Of a DNA stretch of 64,000 bases, positions 1 through 10,000 are shown piece after piece. Numbering within the stretch: position 1 is the first letter of the stretch; each line of letters begins with the position of its first letter. The notes below the pieces were generated by a model, which did not search any database, was not told where the DNA came from, and saw nothing but the letters and a program-made list of their open reading frames with translations. The stretch is from assembly GCA_963662545.2 (NCBI GenBank), contig CAXXLL010000002.1:1728001-1792000 (forward strand), given 5' to 3'. This stretch comes from Gammaproteobacteria bacterium (GTDB lineage Bacteria > Pseudomonadota > Gammaproteobacteria > Ga0077536). The translations under genes were made by a program, and so were the position numbers.

Positions 1-877
1 TGGCGATGGATGAAACGCCGATTAAGGCGGGTCGCTCGGGCAAGGGCAAGATGAACGCGGCGTGGTATTGGCCAATTTATGGCGAAGCGGATGAGATTGC
101 GTTCACGTTTGCGCGAACCAAGGCGCGGTCGCACATCGACAAAACGTTGGTGGACTTTAAAGGCACCTTACTAACCGATGGCGCCGCGGCTTATGCGCGT
201 TTTGCCGCCGATCGCGGCGATGAAGTCGTGCATGCGCAATGCTGGGCGCACACGCGTCGTCAGTTCGAAAGGGCATTATCCGATAGGCCACAAAGTGCGG
301 CGCAGGCACTTGATTTGATCGCGGCACTGTATGCCGTTGAGGCCACCATCCGTGACCAGGCAATGGATGAAGCGGCGACCCAGACCTACCGCAGCCGGTA
401 CGCCTTGCCTGCGGTTGATGCATTTTTTGCCTGGCTTGACGAGCAACGCCAGTGCATGGGTTTATTACCGAGTCAGCCGTTTACGAAGGCGCTGGCCTAT
501 GCAGCCGAGCGTGAGGGCGCGTTACGTGTTTACTTATCGGATGCGAGCGTCGCGATCGACACGAATCATTTAGAGCGCGCTCTGAGACCCATTCCGATGG
601 GCCGAAAGAATTGGATGTTCTGTTGGACTGAGGTGGGCGCTGAACACGTTGGGATCATACAAAGTTTGATCTGTACTTGCCGAATACACGGCATTAATCC
701 GTACACCTACCTGGTTGATGTACTCCAGAGGATCGCGATCCATCCGGATAGCGCAGTGGAACAACTCACGCCTCGGGTGTGGAAGACATTGTTCGCTACC
801 CAACCGCTGCGTTCTAACTTGGCCGTCGTTACCGCAACACGAGATCAATTACCAGACGCCGCCGTTTGACCGGTTAC
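1..877 (+). mobile_element. IS66-family element, right part (continues left of window)
   Basis: TnpC ORF followed by an end reading GTAACCGGTCAAACGGCGGCG on the minus strand from 877, the GTAA-type IS66 terminus. Confidence 0.85.
6..869 (+). CDS. tnpC: IS66 transposase TnpC, C-terminal part (5' partial)
   Basis: DETP, CWAHTRR, IDTNHLERALR, GRKNWMF and NPYTYLVDVL motifs. Confidence 0.92.
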   Translation: MDETPIKAGRSGKGKMNAAWYWPIYGEADEIAFTFARTKARSHIDKTLVDFKGTLLTDGAAAYARFAADRGDEVVHAQCWAHTRRQFERALSDRPQSAAQALDLIAALYAVEATIRDQAMDEAATQTYRSRYALPAVDAFFAWLDEQRQCMGLLPSQPFTKALAYAAEREGALRVYLSDASVAIDTNHLERALRPIPMGRKNWMFCWTEVGAEHVGIIQSLICTCRIHGINPYTYLVDVLQRIAIHPDSAVEQLTPRVWKTLFATQPLRSNLAVVTATRDQLPDAAV

Positions 878-1151
878 GGTGCACCGTATCTCGGTGATAC
901 TCGAAGTGCGTCTGATCACTCCTTAGAACTTTACGCACCGTATTGCGCGATACGTTGAAATCCTTTGTTATCTGGCGAATAGACTTCTTGCCATCACGTG
1001 CTGCTAATCGAATCTTCCTGATCGTCTCCACCGTCAACATCTCCTTCATATGCTCCCTGACTAAAATAGGTCAGACAGCATGGTTGAAGGTGGGTCAATT
1101 TTGCACGCCGATCACCCCCGTAAGTGGGTCATTTTTGCACGCCGATTTACA
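878..1151 (-). mobile_element. istA: IS21-family left-end fragment with truncated istA (878-1049), cut by IS66
   Basis: TGTAAATCGGCGTGCAAAAATGACCCAC end with an internal repeat (1090-1151); IstA N-terminal HTH SIRQITKDFNVSRNTVRKVLR. Confidence 0.8.
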
Positions 1152-1350
1152 TGGCCTGTCTGATCCGCCGCTCGACCATGCGGCGCTCACGGTCGATCAG
1201 TTCCAACCCGGTCAGACGGACAAGATACCGCACAGGGTCGGCGCCCCCGGTGGCGCATTGGCGGGCCAGCTTGTCGTATTCGCGCAGGAACGTCGGCAGT
1301 TTCAGGGTCTTGAGGTGATGGGCCAGCAACACTTGCGGCGTATCGGTCAT
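1152..1350 (-). pseudogene. istB: IstB N-terminal fragment
   Basis: MTDTPQVLLAHHLKTLKLPTF...ERRIRQA, cut by the next IS21 end. Confidence 0.85.
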
Positions 1351-2861
1351 GACGCGCCTCCACCCAACAAGCTCATATAACTGGCGGCGGCCGTGGTCGC
1401 CACGTTGGCCCGAGGCAGGTAGGGATAGATATCCAGGTCGAGTTTGGGCGGGCGTCGCTCGATACGGCACAGCACAAGGTGTTTGACGGCGTCGTAGCCG
1501 ATCGCGCCCAGGCGCAGGGCGTCCTTCACCGCGCCGTGAAGCACCTCGAGATCGAAGGTCTCCAGAAGCCGAAGGACCTGGACGTATTGCCGCTTGCCGG
1601 CCTTGCCCATGCGCGCCTCCAGGAGACGGCGCAGGGTTGGGAAGGCATCAGGCAGTTCCCATCCGGCTAGCGGCGCGGCCTGAGCCAGGGCACCGATCTT
1701 GTGCTCCAGCAAAGGCAGGTAGTGGATCGGATCGAAGACCCTATCTTCCCGGTCGTAGGAACGGGGGTGTCGGGCAATGATCCCGGCGCCGCAACCGATA
1801 ACCACCTCGTGGACATAGCCACGGATCCAGACTTCCTGATGGCCGTAGGCGACGGGCACGGAATAGTCATTCGTCCGGTAGCGCACCAGGGACAGCGAGT
1901 TGACCCGCGTGCCCTGCTTGTCGCACGCGTCGAACGGTGCCGGCAGTGGCCTCTTCAACGCTTCGCGGTCACGCACAAACCGTTCGCCGATGCTCTCGCG
2001 GTGGCCGCGCAGGACGTCGTCTTGCCGTTTGCGGCATTGTTCCTCCAGGTAAGCGTTGAAGGCGTCCCAGCTCGCGAACCGGGGAAGCGGCGTCATGAAG
2101 TTCCGTCGGGCGTAGCCAACCACCCCCTCAACATTGCCTTTGTCGTTGCCCTTGCCGGGACGGCCGTAACGGTCCTCGAAGAGGTAATGGGACTGCAGTC
2201 CGCTGAACGCTCGCGTTCGTTGTCGCGTGCCATCCGGCAAGATGCGCGACACCAGGCACTTGTCGTTGTCGTAGAGAATCGATCGGGGAACACCGCCGAA
2301 GAAGGCGAAGATTCTGTTGTGCCCGTCCAGCCAGGCCTCCGTCGTCGCTGACGGGTAGGCCGCAACGAAGCAGGCATCGCTGTGGGGAAGTGTCATGACG
2401 AAAAAATGCGCCCGATACTTGACGCCGGCGATGATCGCATCCGCCTCGCCAAAGTCCGCTTGAGCATGGCCCGGAGGAGGTGACAACGGCACAAACATCT
2501 CACGCCGGCGAAGGCGCCGTTCCCGAACGTAATCCTTCACGATGGTCTCTTTGCCCGTGAAGCCATGTTCGTCGCGAAGGCGCTCGAATATACGCTTCGC
2601 CGTGTGGTGCTGCTTACGGTGAACCGTTCGGTCCTCCTCCAGAATACGGTCGATGATATCCGTGAAGGGGGCCAGTTTCGGGCGTTTCGGTGGCTGGCGT
2701 CGCCGATATCCCGGCGGTTCCGAATGCCGCAGCATCTTCCTCACCGTCTCGCGCGCAATGCCAAACCGACTTGCCGCCTCTCGCTGGCTCAGACCATCAA
2801 CATGGCAGGCCAGCCGAACGCGCAGATATAGGTCCACGGTGTACATCCTCCCGCCTTCCAT
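1347..2861 (-). CDS. istA: IS21 transposase IstA
   Basis: HTH, QADFG, YDNDK and KGNVEGVVGYARRN DDE motifs. Confidence 0.93.
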   Translation of the reverse strand: MEGGRMYTVDLYLRVRLACHVDGLSQREAASRFGIARETVRKMLRHSEPPGYRRRQPPKRPKLAPFTDIIDRILEEDRTVHRKQHHTAKRIFERLRDEHGFTGKETIVKDYVRERRLRRREMFVPLSPPPGHAQADFGEADAIIAGVKYRAHFFVMTLPHSDACFVAAYPSATTEAWLDGHNRIFAFFGGVPRSILYDNDKCLVSRILPDGTRQRTRAFSGLQSHYLFEDRYGRPGKGNDKGNVEGVVGYARRNFMTPLPRFASWDAFNAYLEEQCRKRQDDVLRGHRESIGERFVRDREALKRPLPAPFDACDKQGTRVNSLSLVRYRTNDYSVPVAYGHQEVWIRGYVHEVVIGCGAGIIARHPRSYDREDRVFDPIHYLPLLEHKIGALAQAAPLAGWELPDAFPTLRRLLEARMGKAGKRQYVQVLRLLETFDLEVLHGAVKDALRLGAIGYDAVKHLVLCRIERRPPKLDLDIYPYLPRANVATTAAASYMSLLGGGAS

Positions 2862-2960
2862 CTCAAAAAAGATCGAAGGCTACAGGTGGCAGAGTTTTAC
2901 TCCGCCCGCGGCTGGGAAATCCCGCCGCTTCCGTGGACTAATTTGTCACCGCCGTTCTCA

Positions 2961-3764
2961 CTTTTGCTGCACGTGTGCCTGCGCCGCCTTGACGCCCAAA
3001 TATTGGTGCGCCCGCGGCAACTTCTTCACCCCACCGTCGAAGAGCACAAAGTCATGCATCAACTCGATCAGCCGGTCCTTGCGGCATAGCTTGAGCAGAT
3101 ACTTGTCGAGCTTGAGGCGGCTATTGTCTTCCTCGTCCTCCTTCCAGTTGAGAAAGAACTTTTCCGGTGTGCCGATGGTGCCGTACCGCAGACCCTCGGA
3201 GTCGTTGCCGGCGAAGATCAACTGCACCGTGCTGAAGAACCAGGCGTTGAACGCCGGTTGCTGATTCGAGAGATTCTGGCGGATCCCGTCACCGATGCTC
3301 ACGCGGCTGTTCTTCAACTCCAGAACACCAGCGGCGATGCCATTCACATACAACACGATGTCGGGCCGTCGTTCCTGGTTACCCTTGAGTGTCACCTCCT
3401 CGGCAATGGCGAAATCGTTCTCCTCCGGCTGCGACCAGTTAATGACATGGACGGTCTCCGTAACCTTGCCTGCCTCGGTCTTCACGGGCACGCCGTAGCG
3501 CAGCAGGCTGTAGACAGCTGCATTGTTGCCGTAGAGCGCACGACTGTGGTTGTCCGCTTCGGTGCGGAGTTTGTGGAGCGCCGCGCTGATTTGTGCCGGT
3601 GTGTAACCGCGTTTGTTCAGCCACGCCGAGAGCAGATCTTCCTCTATGTTGCTGTTGCTGCCCCGGTCAGTCCAATCGCCGATATAACGGTAGTCGAGTT
3701 GGTCGCGGAAAAGGGTGATGACCCGGTTCTGCGTCGCGCGTTCAGGCTGGCCGATGGAACTCAT
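2961..3764 (-). pseudogene. hsdR: Type I restriction subunit HsdR, N-terminal ~268 aa, truncated by IS21
   Basis: MSSIGQPERATQNRV start overlapping the gmrSD stop (ATGA); RPDIVLYVNGI..LELK nuclease motif; ends before the helicase motifs at the IS end. Confidence 0.9.
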
Positions 3765-5722
3765 GCGGGTGTAACCTCGGACAACACTTCGGTTTGTACG
3801 TACCGCTGAAACTCTTTGACCGTCGTGAAGCACCGGAAACCTGCCTGACTGGCGATGGCAATGGTCTCGTCGCCTTCGTTCAGCAACACGACCACCGGTT
3901 GGCTGAGTTCCGCCTGAATACCCCTGGGCCAAGCCAGGTCGAACACCGCTTTTTGCTCGCCCGTCGCGGCGTCGGCGAAGTCGTAGGCCAGCACGCCACG
4001 GGGCAGATCCTGCGCCGCCATCCAGTGGTTGAGGGCTTCGAGCTGCGCCTCCTCTTCTTCGCTGCTGATCCCCCCGACGACCGCACTCGCCGCCGCCGGG
4101 ACGGCTGTCTTCGGGCCAGTCAGCCACCGGGTGTCACCGTGCAGGAGCTCTTCCATGCGCTGGTTGACTTCGACTGCCAGCAATATCTTGCGGGCTTCAA
4201 GAAAGTCGCGGAAGTTCTCGATCCGCCAAAGCGCGGGATCCATGGGGATCCACTGCGAGGCCAGTGTGCCAGGGTGCGCCTGTTCGACCTCCGGGAAATA
4301 CGCCGACGGCAACCGGTCGCTGATATTGAGATTGGTATCCTTGGTCAGAAAGCAGAAGTTGGCCAACGCGTTCACTTCGGGACGCTTGTACTTGTAGTCC
4401 GACTTGTAGAGTCTCGACTTCGGGAAAATGTGGTGCACCTCCAGCCGGCTCATCTTCCCGAGCAGGCTGGCCTTGAGCGGCAGTCCGGTGCCCCAGTCGC
4501 GTGCCTGTCCCATCCGCGTCAGCAGGTAGAGCACCGGGTAGAAGCGGGCGCCGAGACTCCAGCCCGTAAAATGCCCCGGCTCCACTCGCAACCCGCCGTG
4601 CCAAAGACGCAACTGCTCCAGCAATTTGTCCAGTCCGCCGTCAGGGCCTTCCAATGCCGCCAGATCCTGGTCAATGGAAGACTCCGTTGATCCGGAGAAC
4701 CGCCCCCACATGCCGGCTTGCACGAACCAGAACAGGAGCTTGTCCCGCTCGGCTTCGTTCATCGGGCCGCTGCGCTGGTCGAGGTAGCGCACCATCACCG
4801 GCACGCCGAAGCGCCCGAAGAAGACCTGGTCGTGGTCCAACCCCAGCCGGCCACCGATCAGGTTCAGGCTGGTATCGATGTGCTTGATGGCCCGCTGCAA
4901 GGCGTCCTGAATATCGTCCGCGCTCTTGTCATGCAGGTACTGGAACTTTGCCTCACCGGTCAGGGCCGTGTTCACCGAGCGCAGCAGCCAGTCGAGGTTG
5001 AAGCGATAATCGGCCTTGCTCCACTCCGTGAGCTTGGCCTTCATGGTGTCGCGTGCTTGCGGCCAGTCGGCGCATATTTTAGCGAGCGCCAAGTCGCCCT
5101 TGGAGAGCTTCGTGCCGCCGCTGTTCACGCGGTTGAAAATATCGACCACCACATCCAGCGTTTTGCCCGCACCCGTAACTTCCTCGACATGCAGATCGAT
5201 TTCGGTCACGCCAAGGAGATTGCTGAGCCGCGCCACATAATCACCCATCTTGCCGGTCAACTCTGGGTAGGTACCGAGGCGCGTAATGAATTCGCCTAGC
5301 CCGGCCGTGCCCGTCTTCATCAGCTCGGTCACGTCAATCCACAGCGGATCATCGTGCATCTTCACCCGCTGGTAGAAAGCGAATGTCTCCGTTTCCAGAT
5401 GAAAGCGCAGCCCGGTGAAGGCCTTCTCGTTGCCGTCAAAGAACTTCGGCGGTTCGCCGCGGACCACGCCGTACAGCGAGGTCATGCGCTGCTGCCCATC
5501 AAGCAACAACTTCACCACGCCGGCCGCCAGCGCCCCGTCTCCGCGATGCGCGGCCGTCCTAGATTCCGTGGCCCAGACCAGCAGGCCGCCCACCGGATGC
5601 CGCCGGTAGAGCGAATCGAACAGGCCCCGCACCTGGTCCCGGTTCCAGACGTAGCCACGCTGAAACTCGGGCAGGGCCATGTGGCCGCTATCGATGTGAT
5701 CGAGGACAGTCGAGATTTTCAT
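3761..5722 (-). CDS. GmrSD-family (DUF262 + DUF1524/HNH) restriction endonuclease with C-terminal extension
   Basis: LPEFQRGYVW, LLDGQQR, FNRVNSGG (DUF262); EVHHIFP...ANFCFL..TN (HNH-like). Confidence 0.88.
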   Translation of the reverse strand: MKISTVLDHIDSGHMALPEFQRGYVWNRDQVRGLFDSLYRRHPVGGLLVWATESRTAAHRGDGALAAGVVKLLLDGQQRMTSLYGVVRGEPPKFFDGNEKAFTGLRFHLETETFAFYQRVKMHDDPLWIDVTELMKTGTAGLGEFITRLGTYPELTGKMGDYVARLSNLLGVTEIDLHVEEVTGAGKTLDVVVDIFNRVNSGGTKLSKGDLALAKICADWPQARDTMKAKLTEWSKADYRFNLDWLLRSVNTALTGEAKFQYLHDKSADDIQDALQRAIKHIDTSLNLIGGRLGLDHDQVFFGRFGVPVMVRYLDQRSGPMNEAERDKLLFWFVQAGMWGRFSGSTESSIDQDLAALEGPDGGLDKLLEQLRLWHGGLRVEPGHFTGWSLGARFYPVLYLLTRMGQARDWGTGLPLKASLLGKMSRLEVHHIFPKSRLYKSDYKYKRPEVNALANFCFLTKDTNLNISDRLPSAYFPEVEQAHPGTLASQWIPMDPALWRIENFRDFLEARKILLAVEVNQRMEELLHGDTRWLTGPKTAVPAAASAVVGGISSEEEEAQLEALNHWMAAQDLPRGVLAYDFADAATGEQKAVFDLAWPRGIQAELSQPVVVLLNEGDETIAIASQAGFRCFTTVKEFQRYVQTEVLSEVTPA

Positions 5723-6059
5723 ATGAGACGAATCTTCCCTGTAAGTAGTTCTTGCATCATGCCCTGCTTGATCAAGCGGGTCTTGGAGAGCCTAGCTTCC
5801 ACTGCGGCGATTTCAGCGTCCATATTGTCCAAAACGCTAACGATTGATCGCTGCTCAACCACCGACGGCAAAAGGAAACTGAACCTTTTCATATCCACCG
5901 CGTAAAGATGAAACACGGTGGTTCCAGTAACGATTTGCAAAATCTGCTCTTGTGCATGGCGGATCGAATAAGCCAAAAAGGGGCCGAATATGAGTTCCGC
6001 GTTAACACGAACCACGAGAATGTCGCCGCCAAGGATGACCCCGCCCATTTTGACGCCAC
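5719..6059 (-). pseudogene. hsdS: Type I specificity subunit HsdS, C-terminal fragment
   Basis: LPSVVEQRSIVSVLDNMDAEI...IKQGMMQELLTGKIRL conserved HsdS C-terminal helix; 5' part lost at IS630. Confidence 0.88.
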
Positions 6060-7102
6060 TAAATAGGTGATCCAAATCTTGCGACACTCGGGCAGTTTCC
6101 CGGGAATGGACTTGCCGCACGCATGAAGGCACGTACTGCGTCCATCAGACGGTCGATGGTCGAGTAACGATGATTCCGGGTGACATTGTCGTGCAACTGT
6201 TTCCAGAGTTTCTCAATGTCATTGACCCAGGGCTGATAGGCCGGCTGGAACAGCAATCGGAATTTCGGATTGTGCTTTAGCCAGACGTGTGCCAAGCGAC
6301 ATTTGTGGATGATGTAGTTATCCACGATCAAGATAATTCGACGCGCGGCGCGGTAAGTTTGCCGCAGGTGGTCGAGCAGGCAAAGGAATAGGTCGCTGTT
6401 TTTCCGTGTGCCCTCGACATACGCAACGCGACCGGTTCGTGCGTGCAGCGCGCCCGCCAGATAGCGTTTCCGGTTTTGCCCAGGCGTGGGGATGGCACGT
6501 TGACAACCTTGAGTAGACCAAAGGAAACCGATTTTGGGATTGAGGTCGATATCGACCTCATCGGCGTAAAACACTTCATGCCCCGATGGGGCTCGAGACA
6601 ACGCACGATGAATGGCTTTCAGGCGCGTGGCTGCCCGTGGGTCGCGCAGATGTAAGGTCGGACGAGCACGACGCCAGCCGAATCCCAAATTAACTAGCCA
6701 GCGACGTACCGTAGAGGCGTGAATGGGCCGTGACAGCAACGAATTCAGCGTCTCGGCCAGCATCTCGCTCGTCCACGTACTGCGCAGGTAGCCATAATCA
6801 CTGGGCGGCTGCTCAACTAACTCGGCGAGCGTCTCCAACAGGGTGTCATCCACCGTATACGCCCGCCGGCCCGAGCCGCACGCCTCGAGAAAGGCTTCAC
6901 CCGCGGTCTGGAATTGCGTGACCCATCGATAAACCGTTGAACGCGCGACCGACAAACTGCGTGACACGGCCGTCGGTGAGACGCCTGAAGCTAACTGCAA
7001 CAGGACTTGAGCGCGGCGAACCACCCGCCCGTTATCGCTGCGTTGAATCAACCGCTTAAAGCGACGTTTCTGTGAGCGCGTCAATGACACTAAACTATCC
7101 AT
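6059..7102 (-). CDS. IS630 transposase
   Basis: Winged HTHs; YADE, VDNY.IH and P.Y.PWVNDIEKLW DDE motifs. Confidence 0.92.
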   Translation of the reverse strand: MDSLVSLTRSQKRRFKRLIQRSDNGRVVRRAQVLLQLASGVSPTAVSRSLSVARSTVYRWVTQFQTAGEAFLEACGSGRRAYTVDDTLLETLAELVEQPPSDYGYLRSTWTSEMLAETLNSLLSRPIHASTVRRWLVNLGFGWRRARPTLHLRDPRAATRLKAIHRALSRAPSGHEVFYADEVDIDLNPKIGFLWSTQGCQRAIPTPGQNRKRYLAGALHARTGRVAYVEGTRKNSDLFLCLLDHLRQTYRAARRIILIVDNYIIHKCRLAHVWLKHNPKFRLLFQPAYQPWVNDIEKLWKQLHDNVTRNHRYSTIDRLMDAVRAFMRAASPFPGNCPSVARFGSPI

Positions 7103-7206
7103 ACTCAGGTGACCTCTTTCGGGAACGTAGATTGCTCGATACAACCTCTGATCTCTGAATGTCACCTGAGTTCTTTTTATTTGATCGAGTTTTTGGAACA
7201 CCTATT
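6062..7206 (-). mobile_element. IS630-family element
   Basis: TIRs AATAGGTGATCCAAA / AATAGGTGTTCCAAA, with flanking TA duplication in a CTAG context (6059-6061, 7207-7209). Confidence 0.92.
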
Positions 7207-7265
7207 TAGATTGCGCCTTTCCAGCACATCTAGACCGGACAATCAATTACATTATTTACAATAAT

Positions 7266-7374
7266 GGGAATTATGTAGCAAAGTGCCGAAGTTGGGGGCG
7301 AACACAAGCGGCTCAAATATCGGGAACTGGTCGCCGATAACGGGCTTGATGCGGGAGCAAACCCATGTCTCTGA
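7266..7374 (+). mobile_element. IS1595-like terminal repeat fused to the last codons of an IS1595 transposase
   Basis: GGGAATTATGTAGCAAAGT matches 16/19 to the IS1595 TIR at 55071; then a frame GGEHKRLKYRELVADNGL resembling IS1595 transposase C-termini. Confidence 0.6.
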
Positions 7375-8426
7375 ATGAAAACTTGCGAAAAGCCAAGCGG
7401 CAAAAGAACGACGAGTTCTACACCCAGCTTTCCGACATCGAGAACGAGCTGCGCCACTACAGTAGACACTTCCGCGGCAAGGTTGTGTACTGCAATTGCG
7501 ACGATCCCCGCGTCTCCAACTTCTTCCATTACTTCTCGTACAACTTCGAGCGCTTGGGCCTTAAGAAGCTCATCACCGCGTGCTACAGGAACCAGGACCC
7601 CGACCTGTTTAGCCGTCACGATTCGGAGCGGGCGATATGGCTCGAATACAAGGGGAACGCGAAGGGCGGCAGGGTGCCCGACGTCGGGGATATTGGAATC
7701 CGTGAGTTTGAAGGGGACGGCGATTTCCGCAGCGCGGAATGCATCGAGTTCCTGAAGCAGGCGGACATTGTGGTGACCAATCCACCGTTTTCGCTGTTCC
7801 GCGGTTACGTCGCCCAACTCGTGCAGTACGACAAGAAGTTCCTGATCGTCGGGAGTCAGAACGCCGTCACCTACAAGGAGATTTTCACTCTAATCAAGGA
7901 CAACAGGATGTGGCTCGGTGTCACCCCGAAAGGCCAAGATATGCTGTTCGATGTGCCGGAGGGTTACGCGCAGGAATTGGTGGCGACCGCAAAGGAGGGG
8001 AGCGCCTATAGAGTTGTCGAGGGGGTTATCAAGGGACGGTTGGGTAACGCGGCCTGGTTCACCAATCTCGACCATGCCAAGCGCCACGAGGAATTGATCC
8101 TCTACAAGCGCTACTCGCCGGAAGAATACCCGGCCTACGACAACTACGATGCGATCAACGTGGACAGGATCGCCGAAATCCCGATGGATTGGGACGGGGC
8201 GATAGGGGTGCCGATCACGTTTCTGGACAAGCACAACTCGGATCAGTTTGAAGTCATGGGGATAACAGACAGGGGCAACCTCTACAGCCTGAAAACGAAA
8301 CAATACACGTTGGCAGATGCGTCCAACTATAACGACTTGAATGGGGAAGGAGGGGTTTTAAAAGTGGGAGGAAATTATAAACGTACTTATAGACGCCTTC
8401 TGATTAAGAGAGTGCGCCCGCAATGA
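7365..8426 (+). CDS. Adenine-specific DNA methyltransferase, EcoRI-family
   Basis: KNDEFYT, VYCNCDDP, GDGDFRS and VVTNPPFS motifs. Confidence 0.92.
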   Translation: MSLNENLRKAKRQKNDEFYTQLSDIENELRHYSRHFRGKVVYCNCDDPRVSNFFHYFSYNFERLGLKKLITACYRNQDPDLFSRHDSERAIWLEYKGNAKGGRVPDVGDIGIREFEGDGDFRSAECIEFLKQADIVVTNPPFSLFRGYVAQLVQYDKKFLIVGSQNAVTYKEIFTLIKDNRMWLGVTPKGQDMLFDVPEGYAQELVATAKEGSAYRVVEGVIKGRLGNAAWFTNLDHAKRHEELILYKRYSPEEYPAYDNYDAINVDRIAEIPMDWDGAIGVPITFLDKHNSDQFEVMGITDRGNLYSLKTKQYTLADASNYNDLNGEGGVLKVGGNYKRTYRRLLIKRVRPQ

Positions 8427-9517
8427 AGATTGCTCTGACGAAAATCACAGTCCGCGACCTTGTGGAGGACTATCATGACGACGGCGAAGGCGGGGTGCGC
8501 GGCTATGGCGGCAAGCTTGACATCCGCCCGCCCTTTCAGCGCGAGTTCGTCTATAAAGACAAGCAGCGCGATGCGGTGATCGAGACGATCAACAAGGGCT
8601 TTCCGCTCAATGTGATGTATTGGGCTGTGCGCCAAGACGGAACGTATGAGGTCATCGACGGCCAGCAGCGTACGATCTCAGCCGCGCAGTACGTGGAAGG
8701 CGACTACTCCCTTGACGGGCGGTATTTCCACAACCTGCAAGACGACGAGCAGGAGCGGATACACAATTACCCGTTGCAGGTCTATGTCTGCGAGGGGAGC
8801 GCCAGCGAGAAGCTGGACTGGTTCAGGATCATCAACATCGCAGGCGAAAAGCTGACCAACCAGGAGTTGCGGAACGCGGTCTATGCCGGTCCGTGGGTGT
8901 CGGACGCGAAGCGGCATTTCAGCCGGAAGGGGGCCGCCTGCCCGGCTTATGCAATCGGCAGCCGGTATGTGAATGGGAGGGCGGACCGCCAAGAGTACCT
9001 CGAAACCGCGATCCAATGGATCAAGGACGAGGGCCAGACGGTCGAGGAGTACATGGCCGCGCATCAGCACGACAAGACCGCAACCGCCTTGTGGAGTCAC
9101 TTCCAGTCGGTAATCAACCGGGTGAAAGCCGTTTTCCCGAAGTACCGCGGGCCAATGAAAGGCGTGGATTGGGGCGGACTCTACGTACACCTTAAAAACG
9201 AGAGCCTGGACCCCAAGGCGCTTGAGGGTAAGGTTGCCCGCCTGACGATAGACGACGATGTGACGAGGAAGGCGGGCATCTACGCCTATCTGCTCACTGG
9301 CGAGGAAAGGCATCTAAGTATCCGCGCCTTCACCGCTGCCATGAAGCAGACGGCGTTCGAGATTCAAAAGTGCATCTGCAAGGTATGCGCGAAGGCGTTT
9401 GAGATCGCGGACATGGAGGCCGACCACATCACCCCTTGGTCGGAGGGCGGCAAGACAATCGAACAGAACTGTCAAATGCTGTGCAAGCATTGCAATCGCA
9501 GGAAATCCAACAAATGA
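8423..9517 (+). CDS. DUF262 + C-terminal HNH endonuclease, probable partner restriction nuclease
   Basis: IRPPFQREFVY, IDGQQR, INIAG; CKVC...EADHITPWSEGG..NCQMLCKHCNR HNH; ATGA overlap with the MTase. Confidence 0.9.
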   Translation: MKIALTKITVRDLVEDYHDDGEGGVRGYGGKLDIRPPFQREFVYKDKQRDAVIETINKGFPLNVMYWAVRQDGTYEVIDGQQRTISAAQYVEGDYSLDGRYFHNLQDDEQERIHNYPLQVYVCEGSASEKLDWFRIINIAGEKLTNQELRNAVYAGPWVSDAKRHFSRKGAACPAYAIGSRYVNGRADRQEYLETAIQWIKDEGQTVEEYMAAHQHDKTATALWSHFQSVINRVKAVFPKYRGPMKGVDWGGLYVHLKNESLDPKALEGKVARLTIDDDVTRKAGIYAYLLTGEERHLSIRAFTAAMKQTAFEIQKCICKVCAKAFEIADMEADHITPWSEGGKTIEQNCQMLCKHCNRRKSNK

Positions 9518-9566
9518 GCGCACAGGGATAAAGAAGGACAGGCCGCAACTTCGTAATGCGCACCAA

Positions 9567-9950
9567 TTACCGTGAGTTATTGTATTCCCGACGAATCAGC
9601 CACTCGCCTTGCTTCACGGCATCATAAAATGCTGTCTTCGTTTGGCCCGTCGCTTCCCGGGTCCGCTCGCTCCCGTGTAAGTAGTAGCACTGGGTAATCA
9701 AAATAATCTCAGATACCTCACTGTCTCGCATCAGAGCATCCATCGCCCCAATTAGCCGACGCAAAATTTTTCGGGTGCGGATCATGGATACCCCGGCGGG
9801 TAGTCTAGAACCGTACTCCTCTCCGAGATTTGCGTGTAGAGCGTGCCATATCGGGCTTGCGTTGGGATATCCCACATCATCTTCCAACCGCATGAACCAG
9901 GCGGCCCACTCCCGCAGAAGGCTGGGTAGCCAATCGTCTTTGGCTTTAAT
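9567..9950 (-). pseudogene. Phage-like protein remnant, possibly antitermination Q-like
   Basis: Open frame LLREWAAWFMRLEDDVGYPNASP with a C-terminal HTH-like segment; no clear start. Confidence 0.35.
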
Positions 9951-10000
9951 AGCGACTATTAATATTCGGAATTTCCTAGTTTAAGGTCTTAATTTCAACC

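Larger units (their letters stand above)
1152..2960 (-). mobile_element. IS21-family element, truncated in istB, inserted in hsdR
   Basis: TGAGAACGGCGGTGACAAATT end at 2960; istA-istB arrangement. Confidence 0.85.

Noticed and set aside
3765-4127. N-terminal extension of the 389-aa ORF
   Set aside because: It overlaps gmrSD in another frame; HsdR homology starts at ATG 3764.
9518-10000. Right TIR for the IS1595-like end at 7266
   Set aside because: No convincing reverse-complement match found by eye.
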